Assembly (NCBI GenBank): GCA_049510745.1
Contig: JBEKYR010000019.1
Coordinates: 26,697 to 90,696, forward strand
Direction: 5' to 3'
DNA: 64,000 nt
DNA from: Verrucomicrobiota bacterium
GTDB lineage: Bacteria > Verrucomicrobiota > Verrucomicrobiia > Limisphaerales > Palsa-1400
Of this stretch, positions 39,629 to 50,042 are shown piece by piece. The notes beneath the pieces are model-generated. The model saw nothing but the letters and a program-made list of their open reading frames with translations, was not told where the DNA came from and made no database searches. Each line of letters starts with the position of its first letter. Within the stretch, counting starts at the first letter, position 1. The position numbers and the translations under genes are program-made.

Positions 39629-41779
39629 ATGGATAAAACGGAATCCGCGCCCCTCAAACTCAAAGTGACGGAGGCCATCGTCAAAGACGTGGGGCGTGCT
39701 CTGGCGCGCATCGGGCCGGAAGACATGGAGCGGCTGCAAGTGGCCATTGGGGACACCGTCGAAGTGGCCGGCAAACGGGCCACCGTTTGCAAAGTGATGC
39801 CCGCCTACAAGGAACTGCGGGGCCAATCGCGCGTGCAACTGGACGGCCTGACCCGTGAGAACGCCGGGGCCGCGCTCGATGAGTTTGTCCAGATGCGCAA
39901 AATGGCCGTGCGCCCGGCCCAGCGCATCGGGCTGGCGCCGCTGACGATCGCGCCCGACGGCCGGGACCTGCAATACATCGGCAGACTGTTGGACGGCCTG
40001 CCGGTGCAGGCGGGAGACCGGATTCGGGCGGCGTTGTTTGGCAGCCGTTCCGCCGATTTCAAGGTGGAAAACACGCTGCCGCGCGGGCCGGTGCTGATTG
40101 TTCCGACAACCGAACTGGTGATCGGCAAGGCGGAGGTCAAGGAGCGCGCCCGGATGGCTGTGCCCTATGAAGACATCGGCGGCCTCAAGCCGCAGATGCA
40201 CCGCATCCGGGAGATGATTGAACTGCCGCTGCGTTACCCGGAAGTGTTCGAGCGGCTGGGCATCGACGCGCCCAAAGGCGTGCTTCTGCACGGCCCGCCC
40301 GGTTGCGGCAAGACGCTCATCGCGCGGGCCATCGCGCATGAAACCGAAGCCCAATTCTTTGCCGTGAGCGGGCCGGAGATCATCCACAAATTCTACGGCG
40401 AGAGCGAGGCGCATTTGCGCAAGGTCTTCGACGAGGCGACGCGCCAGGGGCCGAGTATCATTTTTCTGGATGAGATAGACGCCATTGCGCCGCGGCGGGA
40501 GCAGGTGGTCGGCGAGGTGGAAAAACGGGTGGTCGCCCAACTCCTGGCGCTGATGGACGGGCTGAACAAACGGCAGAATGTCATTGTCATCGGCGCCACC
40601 AACATTCCCAACGCCTTGGACCCGGCGTTGCGGCGGCCCGGCCGATTTGACCGGGAGATCGCGATTCCGATTCCGGACCGCCACGGGCGGCTGGACATCC
40701 TGGAGATCCACAGCCGGGGCATGCCATTGAAGCCGGATGTGGATATGAGCCGTCTGGCGGAGATCACGCATGGATTTGTCGGCGCGGACCTGGAGGCGCT
40801 CTGCCGGGAGGCGGCGATGATTTGCCTGCGGGACATTCTGGCCGACCTGGATTTTTCCCTGGCCAAAATTCCCTACGAGCGTCTGGCCAAACTGGAAGTG
40901 CGCATGGACCATTTCCTGACCGCCCTGCGGGAGGTCGAACCGTCGGCCATCCGGGAGGTGTTTGTCGAAGTGCCCAATGTGCGGTGGAGCGATGTCGGCG
41001 GGCTGGCCCGGCTGAAACAACGGCTGATGGAAGCCGTCGAGTGGCCGTTGCGTTACGCGCCGCTCTTTGAGCAGGCGGGAGTGCGCCCGCCCAAGGGCCT
41101 CCTGCTCTCCGGCCCGCCCGGCTGCGGGAAGACGCTTTTGGCCAAAGCCATCGCCAACGAAAGCCAGGTGAATTTCATTTCGGTCAAAGGCCCGGCGCTG
41201 CTCTCAAAATATGTCGGCGAATCGGAGCGGCAGGTGCGCGACGTGTTTCGCAAGGCCCGGCAGGCGGCGCCGTGCATCATTTTCTTTGACGAACTGGACG
41301 CTTTGATGCCGGCGCGCGGCGGCGCGGTTTCGGACACGCCGGTGACGGACCGTGTGTTGAGCCAATTCCTGGCGGAGTTGGACGGCATCGAAGAACTCAA
41401 AGGCGTTTTGGTGCTCGGGGCCACCAACCGGCTGGATCGGCTGGATCCGGCGCTGCTCCGGCCCGGCCGTTTTGACGAAGTGGTGGAAATCCCGCTGTCG
41501 GAGGAACCGGAGCGGCGCGAAATTTTTGAAGTCCATCTGCGCGGCAAACCGGTGGCGCGGAACGTCAAAATCAGCGACTTGGCGGCCAGGAGCGAGGGCT
41601 TCAGCGGGGCGCAAATCGCGTCGGTCTGCAATCTGGCGGCGCTCCGGGCGGTGCGCCGGGCGGTGGCGCTGGCCGGCGGCGGGGACACTGGCAAAGCGCC
41701 CGCGGCGCCTCAGGCCAAGGCGCTGATCGAGGCGGATGATTTGGAAGCCGCGCTGGCGGAAGTTTCTCCCAAGCCATGA
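39629..41779 (+). CDS. CDC48/VCP-family AAA+ ATPase
   Basis: N-domain, YEDIGG, two GPPGCGKT modules and RPGRFD twice. Confidence 0.95.
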   Translation: MDKTESAPLKLKVTEAIVKDVGRALARIGPEDMERLQVAIGDTVEVAGKRATVCKVMPAYKELRGQSRVQLDGLTRENAGAALDEFVQMRKMAVRPAQRIGLAPLTIAPDGRDLQYIGRLLDGLPVQAGDRIRAALFGSRSADFKVENTLPRGPVLIVPTTELVIGKAEVKERARMAVPYEDIGGLKPQMHRIREMIELPLRYPEVFERLGIDAPKGVLLHGPPGCGKTLIARAIAHETEAQFFAVSGPEIIHKFYGESEAHLRKVFDEATRQGPSIIFLDEIDAIAPRREQVVGEVEKRVVAQLLALMDGLNKRQNVIVIGATNIPNALDPALRRPGRFDREIAIPIPDRHGRLDILEIHSRGMPLKPDVDMSRLAEITHGFVGADLEALCREAAMICLRDILADLDFSLAKIPYERLAKLEVRMDHFLTALREVEPSAIREVFVEVPNVRWSDVGGLARLKQRLMEAVEWPLRYAPLFEQAGVRPPKGLLLSGPPGCGKTLLAKAIANESQVNFISVKGPALLSKYVGESERQVRDVFRKARQAAPCIIFFDELDALMPARGGAVSDTPVTDRVLSQFLAELDGIEELKGVLVLGATNRLDRLDPALLRPGRFDEVVEIPLSEEPERREIFEVHLRGKPVARNVKISDLAARSEGFSGAQIASVCNLAALRAVRRAVALAGGGDTGKAPAAPQAKALIEADDLEAALAEVSPKP

Positions 41780-42693
41780 ACGAAGAATCCAACGGCGCGT
41801 TTTACGTTTACGGGTTCACGCAGGCCGGCCTCGTGCCGGAAGCCGCGGAGGCGGCGATGAGTGAGGGCGGGGTTTCCGCAAGCCTTGCCAGCGCCGGGAT
41901 TGATGAGCCGCACGCGCCATTTTTCCGGCGCAACGGGAGAGTGGCGGCGGTCTTGAGCCGGGTTTCGCAATCTGAATTCTGCGGGCCAACCGGTGAAAAG
42001 AATCTGCAAGACCTGGCCTGGCTGGCCTCGCGCGCCTACCGGCACCAGGCCGTGCTGGAGCAGGTGATGCGCCTGGGCGCGGTGTTGCCGGCGCGGTTCG
42101 GCACGCTTTTTTCCTCGACGGCAAGCCTGGAAAGTTTTATGCGGCGACATGAAGCCGCCATGGCCCGGTTTCTGGAGCGCGTGCGCGGCCAGGAGGAATG
42201 GGCGGTGAAGGGCTTCCTGGATCAGGGGCGCGCGGAGGCGGAGTGGCTGGCTCGCCGGCGGTCAGAGGAGTCATGCCGGTCGGATGGGCCGCCCGGCGCG
42301 GCCTACTTGCGGGAACAAAGCCTGCGGATGCAAGCCAGGCAGGAATTGGACGACCGGCTCGCGGAGGCGTGCGGCGACCTCTTGGACGAGTTAAATCGCC
42401 TGGCTTCTGAAATTGTCCCGCGCCGGATTCTGGCGCGCGAAACACCGGACACGGCGCGGGAGATGGTGCTGAATTGGGCGGTGCTGTTGCCGTCAGCGGC
42501 GGTGGGGGATTTTCGCGGCCGGATCGAACGCGTGAACGCGGAACAAAATTCCGGCGGACTGGCTTTGGAAGTGTCTGGTCCCTGGCCCCCCTACAGTTTC
42601 TGTCCGGTCCTGGAAGCGGAGTCGGCGTCGGAAGGGGCCATAGTGGAGAAGGAAAGCCATGAGCGGAGAGAATGCGGATACAAAGCGGGATGA
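41776..42693 (+). CDS. GvpL/GvpF-family gas vesicle protein
   Basis: YVYG, H..VLE, VLPARFG, EEWAVK and SGPWPPYSF. Confidence 0.92.
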   Translation: MNEESNGAFYVYGFTQAGLVPEAAEAAMSEGGVSASLASAGIDEPHAPFFRRNGRVAAVLSRVSQSEFCGPTGEKNLQDLAWLASRAYRHQAVLEQVMRLGAVLPARFGTLFSSTASLESFMRRHEAAMARFLERVRGQEEWAVKGFLDQGRAEAEWLARRRSEESCRSDGPPGAAYLREQSLRMQARQELDDRLAEACGDLLDELNRLASEIVPRRILARETPDTAREMVLNWAVLLPSAAVGDFRGRIERVNAEQNSGGLALEVSGPWPPYSFCPVLEAESASEGAIVEKESHERRECGYKAG

Positions 42694-44125
42694 CAGCCTC
42701 TACGAGATGCTGTTGAATGCGATTCCATCGTCGGTATTGCTGATCGGGCGGGATTTGCGGATCACGTTGGCGAACCGCAATTTTCTGGAAAGGTGCCGGC
42801 GCACCAAGGAAGAGACGCTGGATCGGCGGTTGCCGGAGGTTTTTCCGCCCGCGATTTTGGATCACACGGAGATTGTGCGGCGCATTCAAAGCGTTTTTGC
42901 GACCAACACGCCAACCACCGGCGAGAGAATCACCTACCGCGCGCCGGGCGGACTGATGCGGATTTACTACTACCGGGTCCTCCCCTTGCCGGACCGGGAC
43001 AATGTGGAGTTTGCCATCCTGGTGATGGAGGACGTGACGGAACGGGAGCGTTTGAGCGAGGACATCCGGCGGATGGAGCGGCACCTGAGGATCGTGGTGG
43101 AGAGCACCAGCGAAATCATTCTATCGACCGACACCGAGGGCCGGATACTCAGTTGGAACCAATCCGCCGAGCAGATTTCCGGCTACACCCCGCAGGAAGT
43201 GGAAGGGAAGCACTTTTGGGAGTTTTGCGCCCCGGAGCATCAGGCCGGCGTGCGCCGGTTGTTTTCCGAACCGCAAGCGGCGAAAAGCTCGCAACGGCCG
43301 GAATGGAATTTGGTGACGAAAAGCGGCAAAGAGGTTCCCGTGTCCTGGATTTGTTCGCCCATGATGGACGACCGGGGCGAAACCATCGGCATTGTGGCGG
43401 TCGGGCGGAACCTGACGGAAAGCTTCAAGCTCGAAGCGCAATTGTTGCAGGCCCAAAAGCTGGCGGCCCTCGGGGTGATGGCCGGCGGCATTGCGCATGA
43501 GTTGCGCAATCCCCTGGCGATCTGTTCCTCCGCCGCCCAGTTCCTGATGCAGGAGGAAATCACGCCGGAGTTCCGCCGCCAGTGCGCCCAAAAGATGCAA
43601 CAGGGAATGCAACGGGCCTCCGGCATCATCGAACACCTCTTGAAATTCACGCGGCCTTCCGAGCGGGGCGACCGGGTCAAGTTGGACCTGGTGACCGTCC
43701 TGAAAGAAACGCTGGCGTTGGTGGCCGACCAGGCCAAGATTCAAAATATAAACGTCCGGGCACAACTGCCCGATGCGCCCGCGTTCGTGGATGGGGACGC
43801 TCACCTGCTCCAACAGGTATTCATGAACCTGTTCTTGAACGCCATCCACGCCATGCCCACCGGGGGCCAACTTGGGGTGGTCGTCGAGACGGCCCTCCAC
43901 CAGGTCAGCGTCCGGGTGACCGACACCGGGCACGGCATCGCGGCGGCGGACCTGGGCAACATTTTCGATCCGTTCTACTCGAAGTCCAACGGCAGAAGAG
44001 GCACCGGCCTGGGTCTGCCGCTTTGCTACGCCGTTGTCAAACAGCACGCCGGCACCATTGAGGTGGACAGCGCGACCGGACAAGGCAGCACCTTCACGGT
44101 GCGATTGGACCTGAGCGCGGACTGA
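42659..44125 (+). CDS. Double-PAS sensor histidine kinase (GvrB-like)
   Basis: Two PAS domains, GGIAHELRNPL, DTGHGI and GTGLGL. Confidence 0.92.
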   Translation: MSGENADTKRDDSLYEMLLNAIPSSVLLIGRDLRITLANRNFLERCRRTKEETLDRRLPEVFPPAILDHTEIVRRIQSVFATNTPTTGERITYRAPGGLMRIYYYRVLPLPDRDNVEFAILVMEDVTERERLSEDIRRMERHLRIVVESTSEIILSTDTEGRILSWNQSAEQISGYTPQEVEGKHFWEFCAPEHQAGVRRLFSEPQAAKSSQRPEWNLVTKSGKEVPVSWICSPMMDDRGETIGIVAVGRNLTESFKLEAQLLQAQKLAALGVMAGGIAHELRNPLAICSSAAQFLMQEEITPEFRRQCAQKMQQGMQRASGIIEHLLKFTRPSERGDRVKLDLVTVLKETLALVADQAKIQNINVRAQLPDAPAFVDGDAHLLQQVFMNLFLNAIHAMPTGGQLGVVVETALHQVSVRVTDTGHGIAAADLGNIFDPFYSKSNGRRGTGLGLPLCYAVVKQHAGTIEVDSATGQGSTFTVRLDLSAD

Positions 44126-44141
44126 TTCCTGAAGCGGAGCG

Positions 44142-44525
44142 ATGAGCCGCGAATACCTCATTGTGGATGACGAGCCGGACCTATGCTGGGCCTTGGAGAA
44201 TCTTTTGGCCTCCAAAGGGCTGCCTTGTCAAAAAGCCCAGACCGCCCAGGCGGCGCTGGACTTGATGAAGGCGCACCGGTTCCAACTCGCGTTCCTGGAT
44301 GTCACCCTGCCGGATATGGACGGGCTGGAATTGGCCAGGCGTTTGCGCAAGCTGGACCCCTCGCTGCGCTTCGTAATCGTCTCCGGGTACCTTAACAATG
44401 AAGCGGTGGCCGTGGCCCAGGCCCAGGCCGAAGGGCTGATTTGCGCCTGCATCAACAAACCTTTCCTGCACGAAGAAATCCTCAGCGTCATCGAGGACTT
44501 GGCGGCCGAGGACGGGGCGCCGTGA
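44142..44525 (+). CDS. Single-domain response regulator
   Basis: IVDDEP, FLDVTLPDMDG and KPF. Confidence 0.92.
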   Translation: MSREYLIVDDEPDLCWALENLLASKGLPCQKAQTAQAALDLMKAHRFQLAFLDVTLPDMDGLELARRLRKLDPSLRFVIVSGYLNNEAVAVAQAQAEGLICACINKPFLHEEILSVIEDLAAEDGAP

Positions 44526-44544
44526 GGAGAGGCCGCCACGCCAG

Positions 44545-44750
44545 TAGGGAGTGCGCGCCAGGGAACCCATTCCCTAGAAGGCGTCCGGCGGGCCGTGGCT
44601 GAATCCAGGAACCGGCGGAAAGCCCGGTGAATGGGACGGCCCGCAGGCGGCGGCAACTCCTCCCCCGGACATGGCATGACCTATGCAGGGGTTGTCGGCG
44701 AGAACGATTCCAGGTGTTCTGGAAGGGTCATAAGTAAGCGAAACATTAAA
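44545..44750 (+). promoter_or_regulatory. Sigma54 promoter region of gvpA (copy 1) with candidate activator site
   Basis: TGGCATGACCTATGCA (44672-44687) with correct -24 GG / -12 GC spacing; palindrome AGGGAA-N4-TTCCCT (44560-44575); conserved in copy 2. Confidence 0.8.
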
Positions 44751-44763
44751 AAGAAGAACGAAT

Positions 44764-44982
44764 ATGGCAAAAGTCACAAAAGCAACAGACTCCTCGAGTC
44801 TGGCGGAAGTGGTGGATCGAATTCTTGACAAGGGCATCGTGATTGATGTCTGGGCCAAGGTTTCACTGGTCGGAATCGAGCTGGTTTCCATTGAAGCCCG
44901 CGTCGTCATCGCCTCCGTTGAGACGTACTTGAAGTATGCCGAGGCCATCGGCCTGACGGCGACCGCGGCAGCCCCTGCCTAA
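44764..44982 (+). CDS. gvpA: Major gas vesicle structural protein
   Basis: [19 protein letters not shown]...[15 protein letters not shown]. Confidence 0.98.
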   Translation: MAKVTKATDSSSLAEVVDRILDKGIVIDVWAKVSLVGIELVSIEARVVIASVETYLKYAEAIGLTATAAAPA

Positions 44983-45081
44983 ACAAGGCGGAGGCGGAAA
45001 GTGTCGGGCGGGGAATTGATTCCCTTCTCCGCCTGACGCCACGGCGCAACCGGGAATCCTCGAACCAGGAAAGGTTTTTGC

Positions 45082-45489
45082 ATGACAAGTAATTTAACCA
45101 ATGACATGGAGCGGTTGTGCGGCCAAATCGCGGCGTTGCGGGACAGCCGCGCGGACCTGATGAGCCACCTCGCGGAAGCCCGCGTGGAAATGCAGGCGGC
45201 GGTCAGCCAGATGGTGGGCGGCTTCGGAGAGGCCCGATCCGAGATGGCCAAACAAACCAGAGCCGAACTGGGCGGATTTGTCGCGCGCGTCAAGGAAACG
45301 GTGACCGAGCTGCGGCAAACGGTCGCCAAGTTGCAGGAGGAGTTCCGGGATGACCTGGCGGGCGCCCACCGGGCGTGGCATGGCGCCAGCGCCGGGCACC
45401 GTCCGGCGCCAACGGTCTTAAAGACGTCGTTTCGGGCTGAGGAACCGTCCGACGAGTCGGCGCCCAAAGCAAAGAGGAAGAAACGGTAG
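45082..45489 (+). CDS. Alpha-helical protein, positional GvpC candidate
   Basis: Lies between gvpA and gvpN; amphipathic helical sequence with a basic tail. Confidence 0.6.
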   Translation: MTSNLTNDMERLCGQIAALRDSRADLMSHLAEARVEMQAAVSQMVGGFGEARSEMAKQTRAELGGFVARVKETVTELRQTVAKLQEEFRDDLAGAHRAWHGASAGHRPAPTVLKTSFRAEEPSDESAPKAKRKKR

Positions 45490-45670
45490 GAGCGGCGCGC
45501 CGCCGCCGTTTCTCGGGACAGTTCGGCCCCAATGACCGGGTTTTGGAATGGGATGGGTTGCATGGAATGGCTCCGCACGAAAGCGGTTGGGAGACTATCG
45601 GTCATTGGGGCTGCTCCGACCCGGATGCCCCCGGCCCCTTAATCAACGATAAAAACACTGACGCTTCCGC

Positions 45671-46708
45671 ATGAATGTTCGCAACTCCAAAGCGCCCGGA
45701 AAAGAAAGGGTGGAAAGCGCCCCCGACACCTTTTTGCCCGAACCGAGCAACGGGTTTGTGACGACGCCGTTTGTGGAGCAGATCGCAAAGCGGGCGCTGA
45801 CCTATTTGCAGGCGGGCTATCCGATCCATTTCGCCGGCGCCGCCGGCACGGGCAAAACCACGGTGGCGTTTCACGTGGCCGCGCAACTGGGCCGGCCGGT
45901 GTCGCTCATCCACGGGGACGATGACTTCGGCAGTTCGGACCTCGTCGGCCAGGACAGCGGCTACCGCAGGCACAAGGTCATTGACAACTACATCCATTCG
46001 GTTGTCAAAACCGAGGAGGAGATGAAGTCGCTGTGGCTGGAAAACCGGCTCACGACCGCCTGCCAAAACGGGGACACGCTCATCTACGACGAATTCAACC
46101 GCTCGCGGCCTGAAGCCAACAATCCGTTTCTGAGCATCTTTTCCGAGCGCATCCTGAACCTGCCCAAGCTGCGCCGCTCCGGCGGCGGCTACTTGCAGGT
46201 GCATCCGGAGTTCCGCGCCATTTTTACCTCCAATCCGGAAGAATACGCCGGGGTCCATAAAACCCAGGACGCTTTGATGGACCGGCTGATTACCATTCAA
46301 CTGGAACACTACGACCGGGAGACGGAGGTTGAGATCACCATCGCCCGCTCCGGCATCGGCCCGGACGACGCCGCCATCATCGTGGACCTGGTGCGCAAGC
46401 TGCGGCGCGTCGGCGTGAGCAACAGCCGGCCAACCATCCGCGCCTGCATCGCCATCGCCCGCGTGCTGACTTTGCGCGGCGTGCATGCCCAGCCGGAGGA
46501 TTCCATCTTTCAATGGGTCTGCCGCGATGTGCTGAATTCGGAAACGGCCAAGGTCACTCGTGACGGCCGCTCCATCATGCCCCAGAAGGTGGAGGAAGCC
46601 TTGCTCGGCGGTCTGCGCGCCCCGGCGGCTGCCATCCCGCCCATATCCCCTGCCCCGCGCCCTGCCACCAAGAAAGGAAACGGCCAATGCCTCCTCCAAA
46701 ACGAATAA
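45671..46708 (+). CDS. gvpN: Gas vesicle AAA ATPase GvpN
   Basis: GAAGTGKT, YDEFNRSRPEANN and TSNPEEYAGVHKTQDAL. Confidence 0.96.
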   Translation: MNVRNSKAPGKERVESAPDTFLPEPSNGFVTTPFVEQIAKRALTYLQAGYPIHFAGAAGTGKTTVAFHVAAQLGRPVSLIHGDDDFGSSDLVGQDSGYRRHKVIDNYIHSVVKTEEEMKSLWLENRLTTACQNGDTLIYDEFNRSRPEANNPFLSIFSERILNLPKLRRSGGGYLQVHPEFRAIFTSNPEEYAGVHKTQDALMDRLITIQLEHYDRETEVEITIARSGIGPDDAAIIVDLVRKLRRVGVSNSRPTIRACIAIARVLTLRGVHAQPEDSIFQWVCRDVLNSETAKVTRDGRSIMPQKVEEALLGGLRAPAAAIPPISPAPRPATKKGNGQCLLQNE

Positions 46709-47022
46709 TTCGCGGCGTCAAAGACATCCGCACCCGTTCCGGCACGCCGGACCAGGTGATTGTGCCTTACAAGGCCTACATGGCGATCACCGCCCTGGAG
46801 ATGGAAAAATTCCGTCGCGAAACGGAACGCGAAAACCTGACGCTCCGCTTGAACAACGTCAACGCCCGGCTCCAGACGGTGGAGTCGGAAAAAGCGGCCC
46901 TGTTGCAGCGCCTGGGCAAGGAAACAGGCGGCCGGCCCCTGCGGCGGCCGATCAAATCTTCCCGGCCAATCCGGGATTGTCTTGCGGCGGGCACTGCCGG
47001 CGGATTCAAATTCCAGTATTGA
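46687..47022 (+). CDS. Coiled-coil gas vesicle accessory protein (GvpV-like)
   Basis: Follows gvpN; AYMAITALEMEKFRR coiled coil. Confidence 0.6.
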   Translation: MPPPKRIIRGVKDIRTRSGTPDQVIVPYKAYMAITALEMEKFRRETERENLTLRLNNVNARLQTVESEKAALLQRLGKETGGRPLRRPIKSSRPIRDCLAAGTAGGFKFQY

Positions 47023-47046
47023 CACTGTTGCCACGGAGTCAGAGCC

Positions 47047-47826
47047 ATGAACACGACTTCCGAATCCGGCCCGCTCAAGGGCGGAGAATACCTTTATGCC
47101 ATCGCGGCCCTCGGCAAGGACCGCGCCTACGATGTGGCGGGCATTGACGGCGGCGCCGTTTATAGTGTCCGCCATGGCCCCGTGGCGGCGGTGGTCAGTG
47201 ATTGCGCCCGGCAAAAACTCCGCCCGGAACGCGCCCACCTGGCGGCCCACAAAGAAGTCCTCCAGCGGCTGATGCTGGACGGCACCGTGCTGCCGATGGC
47301 CTTCGGCACCATTGCCGACGATGTGAAAGCGGTGCGGCGGCTGCTGGCGCTCAACCAGGAAGTTTTTATGGAACAACTCGAGCGCGTGGCGGGCAAGGTC
47401 GAGATGGGTCTGCGCGTGAAGTGGGACGTGCCGAATATCTTCGAGTATTTCATTGATATTCACGCCGAATTGCGCGCCGCGCGCGACCGTTTGCTGGGGA
47501 ACCAGCGCGAACCGCGCCCCGAGGACAAGATCGAACTGGGGCAATTGTTCGACCGCATCCTCAACGAAGACCGCGCCGCCCATTCTGAAAAGCTGGAGGA
47601 GGCGCTGGCGCCCTGCTGCGCCGAAATCAAGCGGTCGCCGCTCCGCAACGTCAACGAGGTGGCCAATCTTAATTGCCTGGTCGCGCGCCACGAGCAAAAG
47701 CAACTGGAAGAGGCGGTTTTCCAGGCCGCCAGCCTGTTTGACAACAACTACGCCTTCGATCTGAACGGACCGTGGGCGCCCCACAATTTCGTGGAGATGG
47801 ACCTCAAACTCAACGGCCGCAAATGA
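47047..47826 (+). CDS. gvpF: GvpF/GvpL-family gas vesicle protein
   Basis: YLYAI, AHKEVL, VLPMAFG and GPWAPHNFV. Confidence 0.9.
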   Translation: MNTTSESGPLKGGEYLYAIAALGKDRAYDVAGIDGGAVYSVRHGPVAAVVSDCARQKLRPERAHLAAHKEVLQRLMLDGTVLPMAFGTIADDVKAVRRLLALNQEVFMEQLERVAGKVEMGLRVKWDVPNIFEYFIDIHAELRAARDRLLGNQREPRPEDKIELGQLFDRILNEDRAAHSEKLEEALAPCCAEIKRSPLRNVNEVANLNCLVARHEQKQLEEAVFQAASLFDNNYAFDLNGPWAPHNFVEMDLKLNGRK

Positions 47827-47838
47827 ACCGGATGCCCG

Positions 47839-48099
47839 ATGCTGCTCCTGGACAAACTCCTGCTCTCTCCCCTTTACGCCACCGTCTGGGCGGCCCGCCA
47901 GGTCCATTACGCCATCCAACAAGAGCAGGCGGCGGAACCGGAGCGCATTACCGCCGACTTGAGCGAGCTTTACATGATGCTGGAAACAGGCCGGCTGGCC
48001 GAAGCGGAATTCATTGCCCGCGAAAAGGAGCTGCTCGACCAGTTGGACCGGATTGAGGAGCGGGAGAACGGCTCCAACAAGACCAGAGAAGGGAGATGA
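47839..48099 (+). CDS. gvpG: Gas vesicle protein GvpG
   Basis: MLLLDKLLLSP...LYMMLETG...E.EF..RE.ELLD.L. Confidence 0.9.
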   Translation: MLLLDKLLLSPLYATVWAARQVHYAIQQEQAAEPERITADLSELYMMLETGRLAEAEFIAREKELLDQLDRIEERENGSNKTREGR

Positions 48100-50042
48100 G
48101 CGCGCCGGCTCCATCCTTCCTGGCGGACCAGGGGATCAGACTCCTGCTCTTCGGCGGCAAGGGAGGAGTGGGAAAAACCTCGTGCGCCACGGCGACGGCG
48201 CTGCAACTGGCCAGAGACTCTCCCGGAACGGCTTTTCTTCTGGCCTCCACCGACCCGGCCCACTCGGTGATGGACAGTCTGGCGGGGGCAGTGCCGCCGT
48301 CCAATTTGCAGGTCATTGAATTGGACGCCCGGGAATGTCTGGCCGCCTTCAAGTGCCGGCACGGCCCCAAGCTCTACGCCATTGCCTCGCGGGGGACCTT
48401 TCTCGACCACTACGACATCAGCCGCTTTTTGGACCTTTCCCTGCCGGGGTTGGACGAACTGATGGCTTCGCTGGAAATCGCCGGCTGGGTCGCCGCCCGG
48501 CGTTACCAAACCATCGTGGTGGACACCGCGCCCACCGGCCACACGCTCCGATTGCTGGCCATGCCCGCGTTGCTCCACAACTGGCTCGGAGCCCTGGACG
48601 CTTTGCTGGCCAAACACCGCTACATGAGACAGCTCTTCAGCGGCGCGGTTAATCGCGACGAGATTGATGTCTTCCTGGAGGAACTGGCCGGCTCTGTCAA
48701 ACAGATGGAAGCCTTGCTCCGGGATTCCAGGCAGAGCCGGTTTGTGCCCGTGATGCTGGCCGAACAGATGAGCCTCGGCGAAACCCGCGCCCTGCTGGCG
48801 GAACTGCAACGCGCGCAGGTGCCGGTCAACGATATTGTCGTCAACCGGCTGTTGCCGGAGAATGAATGCCCGGTTTGCGCGGACGGGCGCGTCCAGCAAA
48901 GCCGCATCTTGAATGAGATACTCAGCAGCCGCGATTTGTCCCCGTACGCCTGGTGGGGCGTGCCCCTGTATCCGAAAGAAGTTTGCGGCGCCGACGGCCT
49001 GCTTGCGTTTTGGGGAGGATTGACGCGCCTGACCCGGATGCCGGTTTGTCCTGAAACGCCAATTCCCCCGAACCGTCCGCGGGTGGAAAGGGCGGCCCGC
49101 CCGCCCGGCGAACAATCGTTGCTGCTCTTCGCCGGCAAAGGCGGCGTGGGCAAGACCACCCTGGCCTGCGCCACCAGTGTGCGTTTGGCCCAGGACTCGC
49201 CCGCCCGCGAGGTGCTGCTTTTTTCCACCGACCCCGCCCACTCGCTGGCCGACTGCCTGGGAGCGCCGGTCGGCCCCGCGCCAAAACGGATTTGTCCCGG
49301 GCTGACGGCGCTGGAGATTGACGCCGAAGCCGAATTTCGCGCCCTGAAGCAACTTTACAGCGAGGAGTTGCAGTCCTTCCTCAGCTCGCTCTTGCCGGAA
49401 ATGGACCTGGCCTTTGACAGGGAAGCGATGGAACGGATTGTGGACCTTTCGCCGCCAGGGCTGGACGAAGTCATGGCCCTGGCCCGCGTGATGGACCTCT
49501 GCGACCAACACCATTACCGCACCCTGGTGCTGGACTCCGCGCCCACCGGGCATCTGATCCGGCTGCTGGAAACGCCGGAGTTGGTTGATTGCTGGTTGAA
49601 GGTCTTTTTTGGCCTGTTCCTCAAATACAAACAGATTTTTCGCCTGCCCAAGGTGTCGCAACGGCTGGTGGAAATATCGAAAGCCCTCAAACGCCTGCGG
49701 GCGCTGCTGGCCGATCCGGCCCAGTGCGCCCTTTACGGCGTGGCCATCCTCACGGAGATGGCCTTTGAAGAAACGAAAGACCTGTGGGCGGCCTGCCAGC
49801 GGATGCAGGTCAACGCGCCGTTGCTCTTCCTCAATCTGGCCACGCCGCCGGGCGACTGCCGTTTGTGCTCCGCGCTCCGGCGCCAGGAATCTGTTATCGG
49901 ACAAAAATTCCGGCGGGCGTTCCCCGCCGCGGCGCAAGTCGTGGTTTATCGGCGCGGGGAGCCTCGCGGTTTGGAGCGTTTGGGCGAACTCGGCCAGGAA
50001 CTCTATGCCGCCCCAGTCACAACGGAGGCGAACCATGCGTGA
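48096..50042 (+). CDS. Tandem two-domain ArsA/GET3-family ATPase
   Basis: GKGGVGKT, STDPAHS and D(T/S)APTGH each occur twice. Confidence 0.92.
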   Translation: MSAPAPSFLADQGIRLLLFGGKGGVGKTSCATATALQLARDSPGTAFLLASTDPAHSVMDSLAGAVPPSNLQVIELDARECLAAFKCRHGPKLYAIASRGTFLDHYDISRFLDLSLPGLDELMASLEIAGWVAARRYQTIVVDTAPTGHTLRLLAMPALLHNWLGALDALLAKHRYMRQLFSGAVNRDEIDVFLEELAGSVKQMEALLRDSRQSRFVPVMLAEQMSLGETRALLAELQRAQVPVNDIVVNRLLPENECPVCADGRVQQSRILNEILSSRDLSPYAWWGVPLYPKEVCGADGLLAFWGGLTRLTRMPVCPETPIPPNRPRVERAARPPGEQSLLLFAGKGGVGKTTLACATSVRLAQDSPAREVLLFSTDPAHSLADCLGAPVGPAPKRICPGLTALEIDAEAEFRALKQLYSEELQSFLSSLLPEMDLAFDREAMERIVDLSPPGLDEVMALARVMDLCDQHHYRTLVLDSAPTGHLIRLLETPELVDCWLKVFFGLFLKYKQIFRLPKVSQRLVEISKALKRLRALLADPAQCALYGVAILTEMAFEETKDLWAACQRMQVNAPLLFLNLATPPGDCRLCSALRRQESVIGQKFRRAFPAAAQVVVYRRGEPRGLERLGELGQELYAAPVTTEANHA

